Source of the DNA: Xylographa opegraphella
Lineage: Eukaryota
Assembly: GCA_022813865.1 (NCBI GenBank)
Contig: JALDZX010000002.1
Span: 434,001-498,000 of the forward strand
Length of the DNA stretch: 64,000 nucleotides
Direction: 5' to 3'
The translations under genes were made by a program, and so were the position numbers. A model generated the notes under the pieces. It was not told the DNA's origin. It saw only the letters and a list, made by a program, of their open reading frames with translations, and made no database searches. Below are positions 36,757 to 52,011 of this stretch, in pieces. How positions within the stretch are numbered: position 1 is the stretch's first letter; every line of letters starts with the position of its first letter.

Positions 36757-37199
36757 AGTACGGGAGAGAGGTGAACAGGGAGGGTCAAAGCAGAGTGTTT
36801 GACCGGGGGAAGGCGAAGAGCTAGCTTGATACCCAGTGCGTACCAGTCGGTAACCTCCGTACTGTCGTTATGAATCCACTTATTTGATGGTGATGATTGC
36901 TGTGTCACTGGGCTTCCAAGCACGAAGTTGCGGCCGTAAAGAACATTATTATTCGCGCAGCAGATCTCGGTTGTCCCGTTATTAAATGTCATAGTGCATC
37001 ATTTTAAATATCGATATCCTAGGACCAGTCCCATTTGCTCTCAAATTATCACTTCGACGTATCCTTAATTCACGTGCAGACATGCAGAGAGGCTTCTGAA
37101 ATGCGCTCGGTAGAACCATAATATGGTAGGTACATCCATGCCCGTGGTATTTTTGGGGGGTAAAAGAACCATACACCCTTGATCTAACACTAAAACAAC

Positions 37200-37765
37200 C
37201 GGATGCCCTCATACGGGCGCAATTTTTCTAACCCTGACTTCCTAACTCGCTACGCTCGACTCTAACTGGGCTAATCAATCCACCCTAAATAATTTAACGC
37301 TTGAGTTTTTCAACGCGTTGTAGTGTTTCTTGTTGTACGTACGTAGAGGGAAATGGTTCTCTTTGGAAAGGTAGGGCCGTATCCGGTTCTTTTACTCGTG
37401 ATTTTACTTCCGTATTGAGCCGAGATACAGGCGAATTACTCGCCTACACCTCTCCTACCGTAACAGAGGCACCTTTTTCGCCGATGCCCCTTGTGTATCT
37501 TGCTACAATTGGTCGGATTCGTTATTTATCGCTACTAAGAAAACCCCGATGACTGCTTAATTAAAATCTCGCTGCTGCGCTTGGAACCTCGCTTTTAGAT
37601 TCTAAAATCCAATACCATAAACAACCTCGCTGCTCTGAAGCTTGTTGCCCCCGACCTTGCTGCCCCGTACCTCGTTATCTGCGGGCCTTATTATAGAAGT
37701 GTTGCCGCCGCGTAAAAAGAATGCTACAATCCACGCATAAGAATATTATACGTAAATGATTAAAG
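37200..37765 (+). pseudogene. Possible RIP-like mutated relic sequence
   Basis: By eye enriched in TpA and poor in CpA/TpG. A protein-like frame (YRY*ENPDDCLIKISLLRLEPRF*ILK...SVAAA*KECYNPR) is interrupted by TAA/TAG stops. Confidence 0.35.
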
Positions 37766-38252
37766 GCCCGAATCAATCATACTAAAATAAATCACTTGCA
37801 CAAGAGGTATCGGCGCAAAAGTATTTGGGGCCAACGGAGTTAATTCCAGGGTAATTTTTCGGGGGTCGGCGAGTCATTTGCCGACGGAGAAACTGTTGCT
37901 TCTTATCCCGACATTGATCTAGACTAACTCTAGTTAGACTTGTAAGCAGACTGCATGGACCGTTGAGCTATGTAAGCCACCGGATTCTTTTAAAGACATT
38001 TCAGCACAGCAGTCGGCTTGACGAGCCCCCTGCTCCTGGGATGCGTGCGTACAGGCTTAACATGCTCTCCATGCGGACCACAGTTGAACCGTGCCTGCAA
38101 CTCAACTGTAGAGCATATATGCCATGCGAACCTGAACAACTGGTCGTTGATAAAGGCACTCTACGCCCCAGCTTAATTGACCAAACATCCCATTCCAACT
38201 CCGTATTGCACATTGTCTCACAAAATCTCGAACCTAGTCTTAGATTTGCAGG

Positions 38253-39225
38253 ATGGGACGGAAGAGCTTTGATCCTGCAAAGGACATTCCGGATTTGTCT
38301 GGCAAAGTCATTTTCGTGACAGGAGGTGCTTACTTTGCTTTATTCCCGGTCTCATGTCATTCTTGCTAATCATTTTCTAGGGACTGCCGGTCTAGGCAAG
38401 GAAACGATCCTAGCTTTTGCAAAGCATCATGCGGAACATATCTATTTCAGTGGCCGAAATGCCAAAAGTGCGGAAGCCGTTATCAGCGACGTGAAGGCCG
38501 TCGCTCCGGACGTTCGGGTCACCTTTCTTGAGTGTGATCTGGCATCACTTGCTTCTGTGGAGAAGGCCGCCAAGCAATTCTCTGCAGAATCTGAGCGCCT
38601 CGACATTTTACTCTGCAATGCCGGCATTATGGCTTTACCCCCAGGCTTGACCAAAGACGGGTACGAGATACAATTCGGTACAAACCATGTCGGCCACGCC
38701 TTACTCGTGAAACTTCTGCTCCCAATATTACTTCGAACTGCACAAACCCCCGAGTCTGACGTGCGGGTCGTGATGCTGACGTCGCTCGCTTTTCGCATGC
38801 ATCCCTTGGGTGGCATCGACATTCCATCGCTACGCACGCCAAGGCCAGGGATATTTGGTCACTGGATCCGCTACGGTCAGAGCAAACTCGCAAATATACT
38901 GTTTGCCTCGGAGTTAGCCCGACGATATCCTTCCATTACTACCGCTTCAGTGCATCCTGGTGTTATCAATACGGGATTGTTAACAAATTCTGGAATTTGG
39001 AACGCCGCATTTGTTCACGTCACACATCCCTTTTCGACGTTAACCCCTGAACAGGGGGCACACAATTCACTGTGGGCTACCACCACAAAGAAGGATCTAA
39101 CGAGAGGAGGATTTTATGTGCCTGTAGGAGTTCCTGGAGCTCACGACAAAGAGTCAAAAAGCGAGAAGTTGGCTGGAGAGTTGTGGGAATGGACAGAAAA
39201 AGAGCTCAGAACATACAACGCGTAG
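38253..39225 (+). CDS. Short-chain dehydrogenase/reductase (retinol dehydrogenase/WWOX-like), 2 exons
   Basis: DIPDLSGKVIFVTG/GTAGLG, NAGIM, FGTNHVGH, catalytic YGQSK and VHPG. Confidence 0.93.
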
Positions 39226-40259
39226 GTTGACCAAGTCCATACCAGGAAATAACCGGTGCGATTTCGTTATTTTTGTTTTTGGTGCTTGGACATTAGGATT
39301 AGGTTCAGCCCGGCAGGCAACTGTTCATCAGCAACTCAAGTAGACAACACAAAATACCAGAATTGAACATATTTTAGCTATCATAGTCGGGCACGTACAC
39401 TATGTTGGCTGCGATTGTGGATGAGAACTATCAGATTCCCGGAACTCGCGCCATGGACCTAAACCAATTTATATAGTTTTAGACATCCTGCCTGTCGCTC
39501 TCTCGGGAGTCAAGTTACGAAAGTTGTAATAGCAGCATAAGAGGATGGAGCTATAGAGGCGGCGGAGGCGATAAGGGCAGGCATATGTATCCCTCAAGTA
39601 CCATAAAGCATGTAAGCCGCATATCCGTAAAGGTTTCATATCATTGTGTCCGTATCGATTTCTTGGCGAGGCGAGACATATGGCGATGCTATGCATGTAT
39701 GCATTTCGGACGACACTTCTCAGAGACTTTTATACTCAATTGACAAGACAACAGCTTACTATGCAAGCGGCTCACGGTCACAGGAGTGAGTCATGACGGT
39801 GACATGTAGAACGAGCACCGAGAGGAAGTCAGTATCCGGATTGCCTGAATAAGCCGAGAGCAACCATGAACGAACGCGAACAGGAAAGCAGAACTTCTCG
39901 ACGGTTGTTGCTAAGCGGAAATGCAGAACGAATAGTCGAACGGACAGTTCAGGCCAAAGGTTGGTGATCAAGAGGGAGGATGGACGGTTTGTTTTGTTCC
40001 AGCTAACTACTGGCAGGGACGATGTGTCAAAAGCGCCAAGGCGTGGGCGGAGCGGGAGCTCGGAGTGAAGTGACCGATTTTAGCTGCTCCAGGAAAACCC
40101 ATGTGTAGATTCTTCTTAAGCAAACCACTTAGTTACCTTTGCGCGCATTTCTTTATGACTATGAGGCAGAGTACGGAATGTAGGTAGTAGATTGCAAATC
40201 TCAGCATCGGGGGAGTGGCTTTACTCTGCAAAATCTCAACGTAATTGCCTGAGCCCGGC

Positions 40260-42020
40260 ATGTCCACTCTCTCAGCAGCGGCCAGCAAACGTGGACCTAC
40301 CGTCCTGGTAAACCTCGTCAGCCTCAACATTGGGCAAGTCAAGCTCAATTGAATCATAGGTCACTGATGCCCGCGAGCAACGTCCTCAGGAACGGCCCTC
40401 GAGCCTCCTTCGCCGACAAACTTCTCGCTTTATCACAGTCGACAGCGTCCTCCAGTATGCCTCCGATATTCCTTCCATGCAGGCACGATATCCAGACAAC
40501 CGCCCTCAACCTCTACGGACAAAATCTGGGAAGCCCGCAGCCCCGAAGCTTGCTGGTCGATTAGTACCGCCTCATCTGCCGGCGCGAAGCACTAAAGTCA
40601 GTGAGAAACTTGTCCTATTGCCAGAGACTGCTCCTACGGATTCAGATATCGAGGAGAAGGCCGACTATGGAGACGACAATGATGCGGCACCGGAGAGAGA
40701 CGATGAGGAGCTGCTTAGAAGAAGCGGTGGGAGGAAAGGGAAGAGTTATGCCGAGCGAATGTCGAAGTCTAGACGAGCGGAGAAACTGGCAAGGGTGACT
40801 GCTTATTGCACTGCACAATCATACAAGCTCAAAGCTATGGCTACTTTACTACGGGATCACCATGGAGCACGAACGAAGCTGTACGACGACTGTCTATACG
40901 CCGTGTACCATTTGCCCCTCATGCCGGGAACTGAAGGATACAGGCTTCGGAGTAGCCCAGTCCTCAAGAACCCAGGTGGAAGAGCAGTGCTTGACGAAGA
41001 GATCGAGCGCAGTGAACGCAGAGATTATGGCGAAGGTTTCTTCGAGGAAGAAGATCCCGAGCGCTTCAGTATTCGTGATAATGACGAGGTAGAGAGTCCC
41101 AGGAACGAGCAACCTCCTAAAAAGCCAGACGGGATTCTTCGCGACGCCAGACGTGGCAGCGACCGTTCTATTCGGTCCACCAGCCCTTCCCGTATCGGGC
41201 CCGATGCCTTTGCCTTTGCCGAAATGTTTATCTTCTCATATGGCGTTTGCGTCCTCTGGAACTTCAGCGAACGCCAAGAGAAAGACGTCCTTGCTGACCT
41301 AGCATTCTTTTCTGGACCCCCGGACCAGGAAGACTACGAGACAGAAGAGTTCCACTTCGAATATTCGTCGGAGATACCTCGTCCGCGTATCTACAATGAT
41401 ATGATCACCCTCCGAAGTGGGGACCACATGATCAAGCTCACCATGTCCCACGCCATTGCACAAAGCACTAAGCTGAGCTCCTTCGAGCAGCAGATGGCGA
41501 ATCAAATGGCCGAGGCCCAACACGTCCCCCGACGGTTGGCATTGACCGGAGAGTTAGGGATGAAGCGCCAACAGGTCGTGAGACTCCTCGGTGCACTATT
41601 CAAGAGCCGTGTGGATGTGAATCTTTGTGCGTACCAACTCCCAATTCCTTACAGCTGCGCGTCCTCGTCTGCTTGTCCGAATTTGAAGCTAACAACCGCT
41701 GTCCAGCCTCTAATGTCCTTGACACACCCTCCTTCTTCTGGGATGCCGAGCCCACACTCCACCCCCTCTACCACGCCGTGCGCGAGTATCTCGAGATCAA
41801 GCCACGCATCCAAGTCCTCAACGAGCGTTGTCGGGTCTTCCTCGACCTCGCTGAGATCCTATCGGACAGCATCGCTGACACCAAAATGTCGCGGCTGACA
41901 TGGATCATCATCGTGCTGATCTTGCTCAGTATATTCGTCACATGCTCGGAGGTTTTCCTGCGGTTTGGAATCTTAAGTCAGAGAAAGGCCGGCGGGGAAA
42001 GATTGGCCGTACAAATATAG
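40260..42020 (+). CDS. RMD8: RMD1/RMD8 family (DUF155) protein, 3 exons
   Basis: RVTAYCTAQSY, EMFIFSYGVCVLWNF, RIYNDMITL, SHAIAQSTKL, YLEIKPRIQVLNERC and a C-terminal TM segment WIIIVLI. Confidence 0.88.
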
Positions 42021-42571
42021 GGTGAGGTGGAGCGCTAAGTGTATATATCTTGGATCTTCAGCGCGGCGTTGGGGGCTTTCGGGTATTTGAAAATGGTTGG
42101 GCGACCTAAAGGTGGCCTAGCCTAGAGTTTACAGCTTCTCTGTCAGCCTGGCTATCGAGAAGTCCTGGCTCGAGACCTGAGTGTGGACGCCAAGCATGTC
42201 GAAACACTAGGGGATTGAGAGTCCTCCAAATCAAATACTTAATCTTGAAGTCGGCAAATTACCATCGGTGGCGTTACCAAGTAAATATGTCAGAGTAATA
42301 CAGCTTCTATGCCGTGCGGTGATAATTTCGTGCTACTTGGGTAAAGGCAATAAAGCATCACGATGAAGTTTTCAAGGTTGGGAGGGATATGTGCACAGGC
42401 GTTTTCTGGGACACTGTCATGGCATCAAGATGTCGCATCAATCAACCAAGTATGGTATTTGCTTAACGAACGGCAAGCTATTTTGATTGCTAGCTATGGG
42501 TATAAAGGTTCAGCCGTGATCATTCCACCGATCTCATCTATCTAAATTCTGTTCCAAGGTTCAACACCTAT

Positions 42572-42962
42572 CTAGTGCTTTGCGGCCTCCTTGTGGACAT
42601 CGGCAGAAGTCTAAAAGCCATATCAGTATCTCCGTTCCACTCTAGCAATCTGGAAGATTCACCTCGTGCTTCGACTGATCTAATTTGTCGCCAATCATGT
42701 CCTTTGTGGCGGTAGCACGCGTGCCCAGGGTGTTGTTGCCGTCCTTTGCGACATCTACCAATGTTGTCAGCCAAGGAAGGAAAAGGTATATCGGATAAGC
42801 CTTTTGTGAACTACATACGCTTGTTGGCCTCCTTGGAAGCTTCAGAGCCCGCGCCCTGAATGGACTCCGAGACGTAGTTGGCAGCGTTCCTTTGAAGTGC
42901 GGGGTCAGCATTTCTGGCGAGTGCTGACTGTAATATGGGGAAGCTTACTTGATGGACTCCAT
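42572..42962 (-). CDS. grg1: Glucose-repressible protein Grg1/Ccg-1, copy A, 4 exons
   Basis: Spliced: MESIK/NAANYVSESIQGAGSEASKEANK/HVAKDGNNTLGTRATATKDMIGDKLDQSKHE/TSADVHKEAAKH*. Confidence 0.93.
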
Positions 42963-43880
42963 TTTGAAGGATTAGTGTGTATGAGAGTGTCTTTGGTTTG
43001 CTTTGTGATTTAGGTTGATATGATGGGGTTGCTTTGCGTGAGGTAGTTGGGTTTGAGATAAATGAAGATGTCAGACGGGGGGATGCTGAGCGGCATAAGT
43101 ACACAAAGCCAACAACCACCCCACTAACGGACCTCTGACGTCAGTCGTTGGAATGCGGGACCGCCTTGGCGCCAACCGTCAGGTCAGGTGGCATCAACGG
43201 CGTGGTGAGGGTGACTACCGAGGTACGGTCTAGACCTACCTTACACACTACTATCATTCTGCCAGAGACACATTTTCAAACGGCATGGAGAATAGCGTGG
43301 ATGGATCATCTCACATGACCAAGGCTGGAGCAGCAAAGCCTGTCAATGAAACGCTGTACTGAGTGGTAATATTGGGCCTATTCTGCTCGTACCGTCCGTT
43401 AGTGGTCTCGACCTGAAATTCGCGATACCCGATGATATCTCTCTGCTTGTTGTTCTGATTGTTCCAGACGAAGCTCCTTAATCTGTACTCATGCTTCTCA
43501 ATTATTCCCCGCGACGAGAACCATGCTTATCTTTGGCGGCTGTCGCATCGTGGGGAATATTCCCGAACCGTGTCGAATGGGGGTCTTTCGCATTTTGAAA
43601 CATTGTTCAATCCCGCTTTTGTTTCGTTATAAGCGTTCATACACTTAACCACAGTGATATGTGGTGTCTCGATGGCTCGACCTTCGAGCTCCAGGTCAAC
43701 CGTCCCCCTGAAGCCAATTCCGTTCATCTGAAGCATGTGTTGAATGGATCGCATGAGGGAAGTCCCTTTGAGTTCCGTAAGGTCTCCCCGTTGAATTGTT
43801 CAATTATGATGTGTATAAGGAAGCGCAACGACCTTGCATAGATTCCAGTGTTGGCACATTGGGCCTCTACTTCCAGTACG

Positions 43881-44938
43881 ATGTTTACCCACACGTTCTT
43901 TTTCTGCTCTTTGTTGTTGGCCTCCACAAGCCATGGTTGGCCTTCCAAACACGCTCTTTCGAAGAATACAAAAGTCGCAAGAGGCGTACAATGTCCTCCA
44001 GAATTCCTGAATACCGTCTTTAATACCGGTGCACCACAGAATGCTGGTTGGCCAGCCACGACATGGTCCAGTCTTACAGCGAATAAGGTCCACAATTGGA
44101 GTGGGTAGTACCATGTAACATACATCAATATTATGGCAAAAGGACTAATGGTGTCGTTTCTAGTCGGATTTACTGACAAAAGTATCTCACAGACAGCCAC
44201 ATATAATCTGCCCTCTGGAGGACCCGCAGCTAGCACCCCTGATATGGATACAGAACAAATTCAGATGTGTATGGATCCTCGTTATGTGAACGATTCGTTG
44301 TCTATGATTACATCTGCTTGTGCCGCTCAGCCTCATTATCTTGGGCTGTTCAACGAGCCTGACTTTTCCTATATGGGCTACACTCCGTTGACCTCACCTC
44401 AAGATGCCGCGACGGCCTTGCAGTCAATCCTGGAGGCAGACACCACAACTCAGTTCATATCTCCTGCTGTCGCTTACAGCAACAGTGATTGGCTTACTCA
44501 ATTCCAGGCCGCATGTGGTAATTGTATCGGAAAACAGATCAACATTGTAGCAGCTCACATTTACAATACCTCTCCAGACGAGGTGATATCGATACTTCAG
44601 CAACTGCATTCCACATGGCCTGGACAGCGGATCTGGATCACGGAGCTGGCGCCATCCAGCGACCCAAGCCAAGGTTGCACCTTCAATGATCAAGATGTCA
44701 TCAACTGGATGCAGACATTGATTCCACAGATTGTCAATTTAGGCTATGTAGACAGAATCTTTTGGAACCATGGAGAGTCGGTAAGTCGTCCTCGTGGAAG
44801 GATAAAGCTTCTCACGCTGAGGTACACCTTCAGAACCCCCTCAATGCGAACAATCCAGGCCTGTGTAATCCTAGTCTTACCAACGGAGACGGTTCCGCAA
44901 CAGCACTTCTACAAGCATACGGAGCAATGTGCAACTGA
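43881..44938 (+). CDS. Secreted glycoside hydrolase, GH128/Asl1-like beta-1,3-glucanase, 3 exons
   Basis: Signal peptide, clan GH-A motifs LGLFNEPD and IWITELA, and AAHIY. Introns near 44102-44163 and 44781-44833. Confidence 0.85.
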
Positions 44939-45902
44939 CGAGGGACCGCGCATGCGTGACGATCTTGATTATCGCTATCTTGGTTATGTTTGTGACGAGC
45001 AAAAAGACTCGGGCGTATTCATGGAGGATCTTGAGTTCATAATTCCCGCAACACTTACGCTGAGACCTAGACGGACCACCGTGGTTAAAACACGTGGTAT
45101 TTTACATATATCTCATCGCTCTTTACTTCAATGTTCCAAGCGCAAGTATCTGATTGGAAGTGGCAACAATACTCAGTGTGAGCATGAGATTAGCCCACAT
45201 ACGCCTTCATGCCGGTCTCACCAGATTCCGGATGTGGTAGACGCCGAAAACTCGTCGGTTCGCCCAAAACGTGGAAGTCAAGATCCGGCTAATCTATCGC
45301 GGCCGAGTCACTGGATTTGTCTTGTGGCTTTCTTGGCGACGACAAGGGTTCGTGCTGACATGTACCTAAGTAATTCTACATTATTATTCGGGCACAGAAC
45401 GTTCATGGTAATGCTATGCAGTAGTCCCGGGAAAGCCAAACCTCCAAAAGCACGTCATTTTCTGGTCTCATGCACATGTGAAAGGCCGAGATCGACGATA
45501 GCGCGGATGATCGTTGTTGGTGACAGTTGCGGATTGGCCCCTCCGAGGGGCAATTGGAAACGAGCAGGATCGAGTGGGTTCTATGCGCCACACAAGCCAC
45601 TCTCTGTGTGGCCCTCTTCTAGTTGCATTATTCACTGTTGCCTGCGGGAGGTATGAGCCTTCACGTCGTCATTGCGGTCACAAGCTCAATTGCGTCTCCT
45701 TCACAAGCCCCGGTGTTTGGGCCTAGCAGATCTTGTAGCTTGTGACATCACCCGCTTGCATCGCGGGGCAGACCGTCGTACTTAAACCCCATATCCATTA
45801 GTTTTCTCTTCCCTTTCTACATCAACGAACACATCCCACTCTCCAAGCCACCAAAACACTTTTACTCAAAACCTATCTTCACGATCAACCGCTTACTTCG
45901 AA

Positions 45903-46349
45903 ATGGATACCGTTAAGTAAGTCAAACCCATCATCTTTTGGTGTTCCCGTCATCGCCCCTCCTGCCCCGCTTCCTGTGCTGAACCCACACTCTGGTCCTG
46001 AACGTATCTTTCCCGGGCATCTGAGTGCTAACAAGTATAACAGGAACGCCGCTAACTACGTCGGGGACACCGTCCAGCAGGGACTGTCTGGTGCCAGCAA
46101 GGAGGCCAACAAGAGTGAGCGAATTCGTCCAAACACTACAATGCCACTGCTAACACGTGTACTCAGGCGTTGCCAAGGACTCTGATGCGTCAATGGGAAC
46201 CCGTGCATCTGCCGCAAAGGACGCTGTTGGAGACAAGATGGATGAGACCTCAAACTCAGTATGTTGACCTGTACTGCCGTCTTAAAGGTGATTCATTAAC
46301 GCTCTCGCAGGCATCGGCGTCTGTCAACAAGGAGGCTGCCAAGCACTAG
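45903..46349 (+). CDS. grg1: Glucose-repressible protein Grg1/Ccg-1, copy B, 4 exons
   Basis: Spliced: MDTVK/NAANYVGDTVQQGLSGASKEANK/SVAKDSDASMGTRASAAKDAVGDKMDETSNS/ASASVNKEAAKH*. Confidence 0.93.
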
Positions 46350-47413
46350 AGTGTCTTTTTCCTTCAACAAGATACCTTTCCCGCAGAGTACTTGGAGCTG
46401 GCATTTGGGACTGTATGATACCAATGGCTTATGGAAAGCAAAGAGGCATGACTCATGATAGCTTAGATCAATTGAAAGATACTTGAGCTTCAGTCATATG
46501 TGTTCACCATGCCCTTGTGTGAGCCATGTAGCCACGTAGTATGTTCATCAGGAAAGATGTAGTCATTTCCAAACATTGTCTCATCAGTAGTGGTCAAAAG
46601 TCTCTTAATGTAATACGTGATATAGATAAAGGCTGGTAAACGTGGTTTGATCATTAGAGCTTATGACAATGTGCCTTGTGCACTAACCAACGACAACTAC
46701 GGCAATCACCATTCGGAACAATGTGGTAACAACATAGTGTACACTGAATTATGTTAAAAAATCACAATACGGTCGAATAAGGAAAAGCTTTACGTCCAGG
46801 CTTTCGCCTCGAGTTTAACATTATACTGCCTAGATCTAGATATCACATCGGCTCGTATATTCAATAGGCAAGTTACCCAGGTACGGTTCGGCATCCTTGC
46901 TCGGTGGTTGTTCAATGTAAGGTATCATATTGTCGGCGTTGACAGATCGCCACCTGCAGCTGTATCGAGCCGGCAAGGCTGGCCGTCGAGCCGAGCCTCC
47001 CTGTCCTGATGGGGTTAAGCTCGGGTCAAGAACCCTACGCCACCGAGGCCACCTCTACCGGAGAAATACCTTAGCCACAGAATTCTGAAAAAAACATTCT
47101 TGTCCACTACACGCTGCTGGTGGACTTTCACACAACCCCCTGATTTAGCCGTTTGTAGAGATATTCCCCACCATGACGTCCGTTCCGATCTCCATGTCCC
47201 ACCCCACATTGCCATGGCGTGCCCCTCCAATGCGTGCTCCACCTCTTTTGGCCATTGGCTTGTTGTATATAATATCTTGTCGCCCGTGGGGCAGCTAAAC
47301 ACTTTACTCTCTACTTTATCATAGAAGCTGCCAATCAACCACCGTACTCGCATTTCCCTGTACCTTTACCTAGCAGACACACCCAACAAAGTCCTACCGT
47401 CCACCCATCCACA

Positions 47414-48136
47414 ATGCCCTCCTACGCCCTCACCGGCTCCAACCGCGGCCTCGGCCTCGAGTTCATCCGCCAGCTCACCGGCCCCTCCACCAACAACACC
47501 ATCTTCGCCGGCGTCCGCTCCACGTCGGGCGACCTCTCGGACCTCAAAGCCCTCATCGCAGCCTCGAAGAGCTCGCAAGTGCACATCCTCGAATGCGACA
47601 CCGCCTCCCTGCCCTCGCTGCAGTCCTTCGCCAAGCAAGTCTCCACCCACCTCGGCCCCTCCGGCCGGCTCGACTTCCTGCTCAACAACGCGGGCATCAA
47701 CGCCGTGGCCGACCAGGACTCGCTGCACATCGGGCCCGACGACCTGGCCGAGCACATCACGGTCAACGTGCTCGGCCCCGCAAAGCTGGTCGAGTACCTG
47801 CGCCCGCACATCCAGCCCGGCAGCGTGGTCATGAACATGACCAGCGGCCTCGGCAGCGTGGAGAGCACAAAGGGCATGAAGCCGACGAAGTGCGCTACCT
47901 ACAGTATCAGCAAGGCGGCGCTGAACATGTTGACCGCGCACCAGGCGTACGACCTGGGCGAGGGCACGTGTGTCATCTGCATGGACCCCGGCTGGGTCAA
48001 GACGCGCATGGGCGGCGAGGGCGCGATGCTGGAGCCTGAGGAGAGCATCGGGGGCATGCTGAAGACGCTGGGGAAGGTGGGCCCGAAGGAGACGGCCTCG
48101 TTTTATACGTATACGGGGAAGCTGGTGCCATGGTAG
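47414..48136 (+). CDS. Short-chain dehydrogenase/reductase, C-factor/CsgA-like, intronless
   Basis: TGSNRGLGLE, LDFLLNNAGI, YSISKAALNM, DPGWVKTRMGG and terminal G-x-x-VPW. Confidence 0.93.
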   Translation: MPSYALTGSNRGLGLEFIRQLTGPSTNNTIFAGVRSTSGDLSDLKALIAASKSSQVHILECDTASLPSLQSFAKQVSTHLGPSGRLDFLLNNAGINAVADQDSLHIGPDDLAEHITVNVLGPAKLVEYLRPHIQPGSVVMNMTSGLGSVESTKGMKPTKCATYSISKAALNMLTAHQAYDLGEGTCVICMDPGWVKTRMGGEGAMLEPEESIGGMLKTLGKVGPKETASFYTYTGKLVPW

Positions 48137-48511
48137 AGGGATTTGGGTTCGCGGCTGTGTAAAATAGAAAATTATCGGGAGCGTCAGGTCTCTTGGTGCT
48201 GTGATACTGTTGTACAAAAAAATAGAAATGTGATCAGGATGCTTGAGGCTTTGCTGTGCAAGTTGCTATTTTGTATGACTTCTGCCTGCCGGAAGTGCAC
48301 AAAACTTGAGGCCCTGCGAATTCTTCTATTTGGCAGCTGGCGTATCATATCACGTTTGAGTTAAGCATGCCAAACCGCTGATACTGTGAATATGAACAAC
48401 CTGCGCTTGTGGTTGACCAGCAACTTTTTCTTTATGTAAAGCTAGAATTTCTACCCTACAGCCGCTTTGGCGTGTATGCATACAAAAGCTAAACATGAGG
48501 AATCACTGTCC

Positions 48512-50632
<2,121 letters not shown>

Positions 50633-52011
50633 GGTTGCTTTCCGTACCGAATGGCTCGGTGGCTTAGATGAGTCTGGAGTCTTCAATGGCGGAGTTATCG
50701 GGGCTGTTGCACATCAGCGGCAAGAATACACGAAAATGTGACGTAATTTTGGATGCTCTCGGCCCTGGTTTAGCGAGGCTCTTACCACTGATTTGGAAGT
50801 AATGTTTCTCGTCTTCGAGTCCTAAGTAATTCGTTGTTCTGAACATGCTCATCTGGCTCCTTTGCAAGTCTTCTCAATTTGTAAGAGCACGACGTGATAT
50901 CCTGAAGATCCCCTTTTCAATTCGTCCCCGACTATTGAGGTTTCATTCAGCTCCATATTGCCATACTTTGTACAATGTCTTCCGTATATAGCAAAGTCGT
51001 GTATCCAAGGAGTATTGTGTCTGAGCGAGCCATTTGGTTCCAGATGGAAAAGGCGCGTTCCTCTTTCCATTTTGCTGAAGACTACTATCAATACAAGATA
51101 GACATATTGCAACTATGTCTTTGATGCCACATTATATCGAAGTCTTCGAGAAAGGCCGCCTTCCATAATATCAAAAATGCACGAAACAGACCAGATTCGT
51201 TAGTCAGTGCGACGTCAAAAGCTGATTGGCGGAGTCCTCAGGTACAGGTTGAGATCGCAACATGGCAAAGACCTTACTCAAGCGCAAGCAACTTCCGGTC
51301 ATTCTTGGGATCACAATAACTGTGAATAGAAAACATCTGTTGTACCAACCGGAATGTGCATTTTGGAGAACAGAAGGAGAAGATCGGTACTTTCCGCATG
51401 GGTATCATGCAAACGATCATGAAAGTTTCCATGTCGTGTTTCTATATGAGCACTCCAGAGTTCAAACCGGGGTACCTCACATCCCAGCCTCAGTGCCGTA
51501 TTACTGGCACTGGGAGTGACTCGTTTCTCAGATTCCAAAATTGTGTCAAATCTTGCATCAAGCGTATCGTCATTTTCGACTTTGGATAAAACTCGCAACT
51601 ACTCCGAACATGGAGCACAATTACTCTGATTGTCCCCATGAGTATGAAAGTGAAAAGTCGCGTGGAAGTTGATATCATCTATCAATATTGTCTGGAACTA
51701 ATGGTGATGTGAGGAGTAAATGTGTATAAAGAGGTACACAAAAGATACCAGGTACTCAATCGTAGCAGGACAAGGAAGAAAAATCCGAATAAACCCCATA
51801 AAATGTGGACAAAATGTGTACACATTTGTTGGTATCACCACATGAAGGTCCAGAGGAAAGACCAGACAAAGACTATACAGAAAATGTCTTCCTATATCTT
51901 ATTGACTTGCCTCTAAGGCATCCACTTAGAGCTCTTTATACAATATATAACATGATCTATAATATCACTGAATCGTTATTTCTCATGCCCACCGCGAACC
52001 GTTTTGTGCAT

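Noticed and set aside
44133..45656. 507-aa ORF suggesting a GH128 with a long C-terminal extension
   Set aside because: It reads through a canonical intron (GTAAGT at 44781). The spliced product ends at 44938, and the remainder is non-coding-like and overlaps the grg1 promoter.
48134..48170. Stop-codon readthrough to a cryptic PTS1 (in-frame SRL after the SDR stop)
   Set aside because: The stop context TAG-A is not leaky and SRL is not followed by a stop. No TGA-CTA context was seen at the other gene ends checked.
50900..52000. Short ORFs between ACH1 and the GPI gene, and again at 55500-57400
   Set aside because: No recognisable motif or consistent spliced model. They may be decayed sequence, but that cannot be supported from the sequence alone.
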